This document shows, piece by piece, positions 56,173 to 64,000 of a stretch of 64,000 nt of DNA. The stretch's first letter is position 1; every line of letters begins with the position of its first letter. The notes beneath the pieces were generated by a model. It searched no databases and was not told the DNA's origin. It worked only from the letters and a program-made list of their open reading frames with translations. Position numbers and translations under genes: made by a program. The stretch comes from Bacillota bacterium. Its GTDB lineage: Bacteria > Bacillota_I > Bacilli_A > RF39 > UBA660. The stretch spans positions 2,679 to 66,678 of the forward strand of contig SVAS01000003.1 in NCBI GenBank assembly GCA_015059285.1. Direction: 5' to 3'.

Positions 56173-59157
56173 CTAACTGGTCACTTTATAACAATGTACT
56201 TGAGTTGTCCAAGCTTGCGGATATTTAACCCAAGCTATTGTTTCTGTTGAGGCAGGATCCATCATATAAACTGAATTACCTTGAACATAATCAACAGCAA
56301 CCCAGTGTTCTCCACCAGATCCACCTTTTACTTCCATAACTAAATAACAACCTTGATTGATTAAATCTTGAATTTTTGCTGCTTTATTTGATTGTGATAA
56401 TCCAGATAAGCTTGTTGCTCCTTGATGAACAAAATTTGGAGCAACTTTTGTAGTAATTCCCCAAACAAATAATGTGCCACCTGGTGCGCCAGAACTTGTT
56501 ACAAATCCATTTGGTTTAATTGCTTCTACAAAGGTTCCAGGATTAAATTCACCATTAATATTTTGAAGTGGAACTCCAGAACGTGCTATTTGCATAGCAA
56601 CTGAAGTTGCAAGACACCCAATATCACCAATTGTTTTTCCATTTCCTATAACTGTTCCTGCCCAAGGTGCTCCTAAAGAAGCAAGCTGCTTCCATTGTGT
56701 ATAATCTCCTGTAGCTTGATTACAAACTTTAGAACAATTAGATGATGAAATGGTAGAACCATTTGTATATTCTGCTAATAAAATTTCTGTATGATCCATT
56801 CCTGCATTTGCCTGTGAAGCCCATTTTTCTTGGTTACTATTAACATAACCTGTTTTAACTATATTTCCATCACCGTCAAGTAAAACTTGCCCAGAAACAG
56901 CACTTACAGCGGAACGAATCTTTGCATCGGCAGCCAAAGGTCCTTTATACTTATAAGCCTTTGTATTTGCACCAGAATAAACTGTTGTCCCATTACCAGA
57001 TTTACTAGGATCTGTTGTATTTGAACAACCTTTATCCGGATCACAATATACTTGATCTTCTGTACAATTTCTAATAGATAAAACCCAGCCATCAGCTTCT
57101 TTTTTTAGACTTAAACCAGCTGCATTCCCCATAGCTTTAGGTCTAGTAAGTGCATAACTTCTAGCGGCAATAGCTTGAACTTTGGCAGCTTCTACTGGAG
57201 CATCAGGACCTATTTCAGCATATACAACACCCAAAATATATTTTTCAAAATCAACTAATTCTTCTCCTAGAATTGGTTCGCCCAAAGTTCCGTCAGAACA
57301 TTGCATTAATCTTACCTTTAAATTATCAATTTGTTGACCATTAACATTATATACACAACTACCACCACAACTATAATTAAAATCTTCTCCTATTAAATAA
57401 TTATAAAAATCTCTTTGATCAAAAATTTCTTCTACAATAGAATCAATTTGCTGTTGTGTATAATCTTCGCCATAAAAGTAAGTAAATGGAATATATAAAT
57501 TTTGTAAATAGTGTGTATAAGAATATTCATAATTTAATTCACTACTTTTATAACTTTTATATAAAGAATTTAGTTCTTCATCAGAACTATCTTTAGCCTT
57601 TTCTAAAGCTTGTTTATCCCCAGAATAATCAATTCCATTTTGATTTAACATTACTTTAATATTCATTAAATCTGTTTTCATTTGTTTATATTCTTCATAA
57701 CCATAATTTTCTTCTAAAACAACATATGGAACAGGAATCCTTATCAATCCATCTCTATCTTCAAGTGGGATATATTTTTCCGTATCACTCAAGTCACCTG
57801 CATTTATAGAATCTACACTTATTTCACTTTGTGATCCGGTCTCACTATCATATGTGCCTGCAATAGAATGATAAGCTTTACCAAATATCGAAATAAACTC
57901 TCCTAATTCATACCATACATTAGCTGCATCATATTTTAAACCTGCAACAACACTACCCGTTTGATCATAATATGCTTTCATATAATTATAAGCATTTATA
58001 AACCCTAGTGGATTGGCAAGATTTATAGTTTCCCCTATTACATTAGATAATTCTTCTAAACCTTCAGCAGAATATAATCCTGCAAATCTGGCCCAATAAC
58101 CTAAAGCCGCACCCGGATTAACCCATGCAACTATAACTTTTGTTTTAGCAACATGACCCAATAATCTTTTTTGACCAGGGACCAAAGTATTTACACTACC
58201 TAATTTATCTTTTGCTACTCTATAAAATGAACTAGTTTGATCTTTTGTTAAAGCATTTCCTAAGTTTTCAAAATCATCAGTATCATAACTAGTATCATCA
58301 GTAGCTGTATTTTGTTCATATTGTTCAAAATCAACCATAGTTGAATAATGAATAGTGGCTGCAATCAAAGGAACATCTAATTGAGCTCCACCAGCAGTAG
58401 TAGAATATAATTTATATTGTTTATCTAAATAACTAAATAAATACTCCTCATTAGTCATCCAACCATCACCTTGAGCAAAATTTATTAATTTTTCTACTCC
58501 AGTTGTAAATTGTTGAGCTAATTGAGTAATATTATCTCTAATAGTCATTATTTGGGCCATTATAACTACTACTATTAAAAATGCCACAATAATTGGGAAA
58601 GCAATTGGTGCAACTGCACTAATTATCCCAATAATTTTCTTCGCTTTTTTAAATGCCTCAACAGCGCCTTTAGCACTATCTACTGCAGAAGAACCCTCAT
58701 TTGAAGATGAGGGATTTTTACTTGAAAATAATCCTGATTTATCACTTCCAAAACCAGAATTATTTGAATTACTGTTAGGTTTATTTGTAGAAGGTGATGA
58801 AGTTGAATTAGAAGAAGAACTATTTCCTACTGGATTAGCACCAGAGGAACTTCCGCCCATATTACTAGCTGCTGCATTTAAAACAGGTTTAGCCTTTTCA
58901 ATTACAGGTTGCGTTTTAGCTAAAGCATTTTTTGTAACAGGATTTTTAGCTAAGACATCTGCTGCTTGACCCAATGTTTGTTGTCCCAATTTAGATTGTG
59001 CTATCTTATTTGCTACCATACCACCAACTGGACCACCAAAATAATTACCGGCAGCAGTTGCTGCTACTTCACCTAAATCTTTACCTGCTTTTTCAGCCTT
59101 TTCTTTTTTTGTTGGTTTTTTTGGTATATTAGGTTGTTGATTATTACTTTCTTCCAT
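56173..59157 (-). CDS. T4SS-associated cell-wall hydrolase: SpoIID-like domain plus C-terminal papain-like (CHAP/C39-like) cysteine peptidase
   Basis: 994 aa. G/S/N-rich N-terminus, one TM, SpoIID-type motif EKYILGVVYAEIGPDAPVEAAKVQAIAARSYAL, and a C-terminal Cys-His-Asp arrangement (GDIGCLATSVAM ... GEHWVAVDY ... MMDPAS). Confidence 0.7.
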   Translation of the reverse strand: MEESNNQQPNIPKKPTKKEKAEKAGKDLGEVAATAAGNYFGGPVGGMVANKIAQSKLGQQTLGQAADVLAKNPVTKNALAKTQPVIEKAKPVLNAAASNMGGSSSGANPVGNSSSSNSTSSPSTNKPNSNSNNSGFGSDKSGLFSSKNPSSSNEGSSAVDSAKGAVEAFKKAKKIIGIISAVAPIAFPIIVAFLIVVVIMAQIMTIRDNITQLAQQFTTGVEKLINFAQGDGWMTNEEYLFSYLDKQYKLYSTTAGGAQLDVPLIAATIHYSTMVDFEQYEQNTATDDTSYDTDDFENLGNALTKDQTSSFYRVAKDKLGSVNTLVPGQKRLLGHVAKTKVIVAWVNPGAALGYWARFAGLYSAEGLEELSNVIGETINLANPLGFINAYNYMKAYYDQTGSVVAGLKYDAANVWYELGEFISIFGKAYHSIAGTYDSETGSQSEISVDSINAGDLSDTEKYIPLEDRDGLIRIPVPYVVLEENYGYEEYKQMKTDLMNIKVMLNQNGIDYSGDKQALEKAKDSSDEELNSLYKSYKSSELNYEYSYTHYLQNLYIPFTYFYGEDYTQQQIDSIVEEIFDQRDFYNYLIGEDFNYSCGGSCVYNVNGQQIDNLKVRLMQCSDGTLGEPILGEELVDFEKYILGVVYAEIGPDAPVEAAKVQAIAARSYALTRPKAMGNAAGLSLKKEADGWVLSIRNCTEDQVYCDPDKGCSNTTDPSKSGNGTTVYSGANTKAYKYKGPLAADAKIRSAVSAVSGQVLLDGDGNIVKTGYVNSNQEKWASQANAGMDHTEILLAEYTNGSTISSSNCSKVCNQATGDYTQWKQLASLGAPWAGTVIGNGKTIGDIGCLATSVAMQIARSGVPLQNINGEFNPGTFVEAIKPNGFVTSSGAPGGTLFVWGITTKVAPNFVHQGATSLSGLSQSNKAAKIQDLINQGCYLVMEVKGGSGGEHWVAVDYVQGNSVYMMDPASTETIAWVKYPQAWTTQVHCYKVTS

Positions 59158-59194
59158 TTCACTTCACCACCAAACTAGAGAATTCTTTTAAATA

Positions 59195-60979
59195 TTATAA
59201 GCCTCCGCCACTACCAAACGAGTCTAACTCTTGTTCAGTTACAATAATATTAATACGCATTCTTCGGCTTCCACAAACGAAAAGTGCCTCTCCTTGATTG
59301 TAATTTTTTATACTTTCTTTTTCATTATCATTTAAATCTATTAATTTTGCTAAATCTTCAATTGCTTGCTTTTTAAGTCCCATAACTAAATAATATGAAG
59401 CATTATCAAAGATAGCTTTCCCTTGAGTAATAATAGCAGGATCACAGAAATCTGTTGGTTGTTGTGTAATAAAGATTGTACCTGTATTATACTTTCTAGC
59501 ACGTCTTTGTACTTGAGCTAAGAAATCAGCCCCTAGTGTATTATTGCCACTTAATAATACGTGAGCTTCATCTACTGCTAAAACGGTATTAACACTTTTA
59601 TTTAAAGTTAATCCCCAAGCATATTTTAAAATATTAAAGAATAATGCGTTTCTAATATTAGTATCCGCATTCATAAGTTCTCTAATATTAAATACTATAA
59701 AATTACTTCTTGGACTAATTGTTGTATGTCCATCAAAATAATATCTTAATTCTTTTATTAGAGGACGAATTTTTAATTCAAGCTTTTCTAATACTTCTTT
59801 TTCATGTGTTTTTTCAGGCATTGATAAAATTTTCCCTCTAATTGTTGCATAAACATCTTTAAAAGTTGGATAATCTCTAGATGTAAATTTTGTAAAATCA
59901 GAATCAAAATTAATATTAAATCTTCTATAAGTTTCCTGTAAAACTTCACTAAAAATGTTAACAACATCTTCTTCTACACTAGGATCATAATATTTTAAGA
60001 ATGCTTTAACAGTTTGAATAGTTCTCGTTAAAACTGTGTAACCTAATCCTTGTTTAATTTCATCTTCATCAGCATCTAATACAACTTCAAGTGGATTTAT
60101 CATACCAAATTCTCCACCCTTACCAAGGTCAATGAAGTCTCCTCCATAAAGGCGAGACATTTCTTCTAATTCACCTTCTGGATCAATAACTACGATTTGA
60201 TGGTTATTTCTGATATTAGTTCTAATAAGAAGCTTAGCTGCTGTACTTTTACCACTACCAGATGTACCTAAAATAATCATATTAGCGTTATTTCTATTAT
60301 GTTCTTTTTTTATTTGGTATAAAAATTGATTAAATAAAATTACCCCACCTGAAAAATCTACTCCTAGTAAGCACGCATATCCAGGATCTTTGATACTATC
60401 AAAAATAAATGGATACATTGCTGCTAGTGTTGGAGCTGGTATAGGTGTTCCAATTCTATTTTCCACATCTTGTTTAGGATATATTGGAATAATTGATTTT
60501 AAAACACTTTCTTGTTCAAATCTTAAAGGGAATGCTTTCATTTCCATGGCCTCTAAATAATTACGAACTTGAAGTTTTTTTGCTAATAATTCGTCTTGTG
60601 AATCAGCAGTAATCATAATATGTAGTTGAAAATCATATACTTTAGATTGACTACTTGCTAACATAGAAATAAAGTATTCTAAAGATTCATAATCCTGTCT
60701 AATTCTTTCTTGTAAAGTTTTATCATTTTCTGTTTGATATCTTTGTTTTAAATCAGCAATTTCTTTATTTAACATCTTACTAATAACACTAAAAGGAAGT
60801 GGAATATGTTTAATAACAACCTTAATTCCTGACATGCTAGTAAGATTAGATAAATAACCTATTGGAATTGCTTTTGGATATGACACTGCTGTTAATATTG
60901 TTGCATATTTATCACTTATTATAAATTCACTTGGTTTAAATTCTAACCCCTTTGGGGCTACTTGACTTCTTATATCCAT
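59195..60979 (-). CDS. VirB4-like conjugal transfer ATPase (C-terminal 594-aa part)
   Basis: VAPKGLEFKPSEFIISDKYATILTAVSYP entry motif, Walker A ILGTSGSGKST and Walker B LAVDEAH. Confidence 0.85.
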   Translation of the reverse strand: MDIRSQVAPKGLEFKPSEFIISDKYATILTAVSYPKAIPIGYLSNLTSMSGIKVVIKHIPLPFSVISKMLNKEIADLKQRYQTENDKTLQERIRQDYESLEYFISMLASSQSKVYDFQLHIMITADSQDELLAKKLQVRNYLEAMEMKAFPLRFEQESVLKSIIPIYPKQDVENRIGTPIPAPTLAAMYPFIFDSIKDPGYACLLGVDFSGGVILFNQFLYQIKKEHNRNNANMIILGTSGSGKSTAAKLLIRTNIRNNHQIVVIDPEGELEEMSRLYGGDFIDLGKGGEFGMINPLEVVLDADEDEIKQGLGYTVLTRTIQTVKAFLKYYDPSVEEDVVNIFSEVLQETYRRFNINFDSDFTKFTSRDYPTFKDVYATIRGKILSMPEKTHEKEVLEKLELKIRPLIKELRYYFDGHTTISPRSNFIVFNIRELMNADTNIRNALFFNILKYAWGLTLNKSVNTVLAVDEAHVLLSGNNTLGADFLAQVQRRARKYNTGTIFITQQPTDFCDPAIITQGKAIFDNASYYLVMGLKKQAIEDLAKLIDLNDNEKESIKNYNQGEALFVCGSRRMRINIIVTEQELDSFGSGGGL

Positions 60980-60980
60980 A

Positions 60981-61523
60981 TTATCCCATCACCGTCCCAA
61001 AAGTAGTAGTTTGTCCACCATTTAAGAAATTATCTAAAATCATTCTCAAATCATCATTTGTAACTTGATGTGAAGAAAGCCCTGCTCCCGCTAAAGAATT
61101 AATTAAATTTCTAATTCTTTTTTGAATGATTTCGTTATCTTTTTCTTTAAATAATAAGAAATACTCTGTATCAACAACATTATTATTCATAAACATATTA
61201 GCTTTATTAATGTCATCCATAATCATTTTTCTTTTAACTGTATCTTGAGTTGAATTATAAAGTAATTGTAACTGTGATAAATAAAGATTAATGTCCACCG
61301 GTCTATCAGCAGCTATAATCCAAAATTCATAATCAATAATATTATAAACGTTTCTTAAATTACTAATTATTCCGTTCATAATATCATAATCAAGTATAAA
61401 AATATTTCTAGGCATAATTTTTACACCAGTTACTTTTTCATTATTAGTTAAAATAATACTACCATTAGTGATACTTTTAATAGGAATATCATCATTAGTA
61501 TACTTACTTCTCATCTTTGCCAT
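60981..61523 (-). CDS. VirB4 N-terminal-domain-like protein (separate 180-aa ORF)
   Basis: IPIKSITNGSIILTNNEKVTGVKIMPRNIFIL... resembles the N-terminal segment of single-chain Firmicute VirB4 (Tn916 Orf16-type) as I recall it. The junction to the next ORF is TAAtATG. Confidence 0.5.
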   Translation of the reverse strand: MAKMRSKYTNDDIPIKSITNGSIILTNNEKVTGVKIMPRNIFILDYDIMNGIISNLRNVYNIIDYEFWIIAADRPVDINLYLSQLQLLYNSTQDTVKRKMIMDDINKANMFMNNNVVDTEYFLLFKEKDNEIIQKRIRNLINSLAGAGLSSHQVTNDDLRMILDNFLNGGQTTTFGTVMG

Positions 61524-61818
61524 CTAGAAAACACCAACCCTTCCAAATAAATTTTTGTCTTGAAGTAAAAAATGTATAAGCAGATTTAATAACTGTTCTA
61601 ACATTATGATAGTTTGGAATTGGTAATACCAAAAAACCACAAACTAAACCAGGAGTTATTGCTATTATAGCTGTAAGCAATTGTTCTACAGGTAAGATTA
61701 GTAATAGCAATAAAGTTGCCCCTGCACCGGAACAAAATATTATTAAATCTACTTGATTGAATAATCCAAAAATCAACATTGATTTTTTTGAATTAGCAGG
61801 TATTAAATAATTATTCAT
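61504..61818 (-). CDS. PrgI/VirB3-like small membrane protein
   Basis: 104 aa with two TM helices, immediately upstream of and overlapping the VirB4 ORFs. Confidence 0.6.
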   Translation of the reverse strand: MNNYLIPANSKKSMLIFGLFNQVDLIIFCSGAGATLLLLLILPVEQLLTAIIAITPGLVCGFLVLPIPNYHNVRTVIKSAYTFFTSRQKFIWKGWCFLDGKDEK

Positions 61819-61838
61819 GCTATATCACACCCTTTTTA

Positions 61839-63824
61839 TTATTTATCATCTAAATTTACACCCGAAGGTAAAATTATACCACCAGAAGTTGTTCTTTCAC
61901 CACTAGCATTTGGCGCAGATACATCTACACCACCTACCGTTCCTCCTGCACTTCCACCACCTGTTGGAGCAGTATCTACAAGAGGCGGTAAATCATCTAT
62001 ATAAGTCCCGGATCTTACACTACCATCAACAATTTTATCTTGAACTTCACGTAATTTAGTAGTTGTAGATTTATCAATGTTGTAAGCTCTTTCAAGGTCT
62101 TTAATTTGATCATTAACAGTACCAATATCACCAGTAACTTTTCCTTCAGCAGCAGAAAGTTGTTGATAACGTTCTTGTACTTGTTGCATTCTAGCTCTTA
62201 TTGCTTCTCTTTCTTGTTCTGTTCTAGCTGTTTGTAATTGCTCATTTAAATTTTTATAAGCATTAGCCGTTTCTTGTTTTTGTAAACCTATTCTACTAAG
62301 TTCTTGTTGTAAAGGAGCTCTTACGTTTTTCTTAAGATCTGCAATTTCTTGTTGTCCTTTTTCTCTATAGTAAGATGAAAAAGGCATTTGTTTTCTCATT
62401 TTACTTCCAGTTGCAATTTCATAACCAGTATCTCTACCAATTCCCCAACCTCTAACCGTTTTAGATCCTGCTTTATTTCCCGTAAAAGGGACTTGTCCTT
62501 TTAATGCTTGTCCAGCTCCAAACCAACCGGCTAAAGCAGCACGTCCTCTATGACCTGTTTGGTCATTTTTCATAGAATATAAAGCCCCTGCTGTTCTTCC
62601 GGCTAATTGAGTAGCTCCCCAACCAACACCTGGTATTTGTTGAAGCTTATTCATAGGATTTAAGGTAAATCCACCATTTAATTTAACACCTGTAATATCA
62701 GATATTAAATCTGGTAATTGTTTAGCAAACATTAATGCTCCAAAAATAATAAATATTATAACAAATATATTTCGTTGTGGTTCTCCAGACACAACATTAT
62801 AAATTCTACCATTAGCTATCGCACTAATAATAAATATTGCAAAATAAATAGCTACCAATCTTACAAATAAATCAACATATGTTTTTACACATTGATTGAC
62901 CCATTTTTTAAATATACCATCTTTACCACTTTTTGGATCAATATAAGAAATAATAGGAATAGGTGCTATTAATTGTAAAAAACCAAGCTTTACACTACGC
63001 GTTGCTATATCTATACAGAATAAAAGCAAAATCCAAGCTAAAAAACCACCAGCGATACTTGAAATAATAAAAGTATAGTCAAACACCCAATCTTCTATTT
63101 TATTTCCATCTTCATCTTCAATCTCTGTTCTTAAATTAACTAAATCAGTATCAGTAAAATAATTAATATTTTTTTCATTATGAGCATCTATTAAAACAGT
63201 AGATACATTATCACCGTTGTTTACAGTAATAGAAGACAAAATATCATCGCATTCTTCTTTCATAACTGCTACTTGATTACCACTATCATCCTCACCAATA
63301 TCATAGTAATCACTAGCACAATCTTCACCTACGATATTAGGATTTGGTCTAATAAAAGCTGATAAAGTGGTATATGACATAAGCTTGCCACCATTATTAA
63401 TATAATCTCCCGCTTGACTATCTGCAATACTAGAATCCATTCCCAGCACAATATTACCAATAATATTATCTTTCAATACAATGGTTTGTAAACTAAAAGC
63501 AGCTTGAAAAACATAAGGTATTGCTATTATTCCAATTAGTACTACAAAAAAGTTAGTTAATAACTTCCCAACACCTTTATTTTTATCAGTTAAACTATCT
63601 GGATTTAATATATATGTAATCATTGAGAATGCCACTTTAAACAACATAAATACACCAAGCAAAACATATATACGACCACCAAATTCTCTAATTGTTTCAG
63701 GAGTAAAAATTCCAGTTTCTGCAATCATCATAAACAATTGATATACCATATTTATTGCCCAATAAATAACTTTATCAATTAATAAAAATAATGATCTAAA
63801 TATTTTTGCCAGCCATACTAACAT
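61839..63824 (-). CDS. VirB6/TrbL-like polytopic channel protein with C-terminal coiled-coil and Gly-rich tail
   Basis: 661 aa with at least 6 TM segments in the first ~375 aa, then a Q/E/R-rich heptad region and a TGGGSAGGTVGG tail. Confidence 0.65.
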   Translation of the reverse strand: MLVWLAKIFRSLFLLIDKVIYWAINMVYQLFMMIAETGIFTPETIREFGGRIYVLLGVFMLFKVAFSMITYILNPDSLTDKNKGVGKLLTNFFVVLIGIIAIPYVFQAAFSLQTIVLKDNIIGNIVLGMDSSIADSQAGDYINNGGKLMSYTTLSAFIRPNPNIVGEDCASDYYDIGEDDSGNQVAVMKEECDDILSSITVNNGDNVSTVLIDAHNEKNINYFTDTDLVNLRTEIEDEDGNKIEDWVFDYTFIISSIAGGFLAWILLLFCIDIATRSVKLGFLQLIAPIPIISYIDPKSGKDGIFKKWVNQCVKTYVDLFVRLVAIYFAIFIISAIANGRIYNVVSGEPQRNIFVIIFIIFGALMFAKQLPDLISDITGVKLNGGFTLNPMNKLQQIPGVGWGATQLAGRTAGALYSMKNDQTGHRGRAALAGWFGAGQALKGQVPFTGNKAGSKTVRGWGIGRDTGYEIATGSKMRKQMPFSSYYREKGQQEIADLKKNVRAPLQQELSRIGLQKQETANAYKNLNEQLQTARTEQEREAIRARMQQVQERYQQLSAAEGKVTGDIGTVNDQIKDLERAYNIDKSTTTKLREVQDKIVDGSVRSGTYIDDLPPLVDTAPTGGGSAGGTVGGVDVSAPNASGERTTSGGIILPSGVNLDDK

Positions 63825-64000
63825 ATAACATTCTCCTATTCTTTTATATACAAATTCACATATAAATTATATCATAAAAAAAAGCAATAATAAACATTAT
63901 TATCACTTTTTTGTGATTTAATATATTTAATAATTATAGCCAACTATTTTATGACCTATTAAATATCTTTTAAACATAAAGGATTATCAACATCTACTCC

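Larger units (their letters stand above)
53179..64000 (-). mobile_element. Conjugative element fragment: Gram-positive type IV secretion (mating-pair formation) module, truncated by the window end
   Basis: A contiguous co-oriented set: T4CP, a membrane-anchored protein, a bifunctional cell-wall hydrolase, a VirB4-like ATPase (two ORFs), a PrgI/VirB3-like protein and a VirB6-like protein. No relaxase or integrase lies inside the window. Confidence 0.8.

Noticed and set aside
4372-57092. About 25 short ORFs in the track (62-148 aa) lie inside long minus-strand genes. Most are on the plus strand, for example 4372-4566, 8164-8473, 13513-13728, 14310-14504, 18340-18552, 23765-24556, 25679-26125, 33786-33989, 42776-43030, 51864-52181, 53098-53728 and 54974-55249. 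One is an out-of-frame minus-strand ORF at 56904-57092.
   Set aside because: They are fully embedded in, or antisense to, genes with strong family signatures. Their products are low-complexity and Ile/Phe/Leu/Ser-rich, as expected from reading AT-rich coding DNA in the wrong frame. None has an RBS or a recognisable motif.
1-64000. CRISPR arrays, rRNA operons, IS elements or transposases, prophage structural genes and toxin-antitoxin pairs.
   Set aside because: No regularly spaced direct repeats, no rRNA-like conserved segments, no DDE or serine/tyrosine recombinase motifs and no phage capsid, terminase or portal signatures were seen in any frame of the ORF track.

Overview
AT-rich (by eye roughly 25-32% G+C) chromosomal segment of a low-GC, endospore-forming Bacillota. 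PolC, SpoIVA, SpoVIF, T-box leaders and a tmRNA tag ending in LAFA support that placement. About 60 of 64 genes are on the minus strand. From left to right the window holds four parts. (1) Housekeeping: serS with a Ser T-box, a CDF transporter, polA, uvsE, polC, cca, hup, a T-box-controlled gatCAB-asnS-aspS operon preceded by two tandem tRNA-Asn genes, spoIVA, an orphan type IV pilin-like gene, spoVIF, der, engB, and a MurD-type ligase coupled to a PP-loop protein (candidate MurD2/MurL pair). (2) The most interesting region, about 31.9-43.6 kb: a LysR regulator followed by a tightly coupled 12-gene minus-strand operon. In order it encodes a PHP phosphoesterase, a nucleoside 2-deoxyribosyltransferase-like protein, a radical SAM/SPASM enzyme, a GT-B glycosyltransferase, a DegT aminotransferase, two Fem/CelD-like GNATs, a SAM methyltransferase, a second DegT-like protein, an ABC-F ATPase and an APH(3')-III-like kinase. 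It lies directly downstream of the tmRNA gene. I interpret it as an uncharacterised amino-sugar or peptidyl-nucleoside-type biosynthetic cluster with built-in ribosome-protection and kinase self-resistance. This is inference and needs homology searches and chemistry. (3) The rnr-capA-smpB...ssrA neighbourhood, with small insertions. (4) From about 53.2 kb to the window end, a Gram-positive (MPF-FA-like) conjugative type IV secretion module: T4CP, a SpoIID-domain/cysteine-peptidase cell-wall hydrolase, a two-gene VirB4, and PrgI/VirB3-like and VirB6-like proteins. The element is truncated by the window edge. No rRNA, CRISPR array, transposase or integrase was seen. All calls rest on motif recognition by eye from the ORF translations and on hand folding of RNA elements. 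No database search was possible, and RNA and terminator coordinates are approximate (a few nt).
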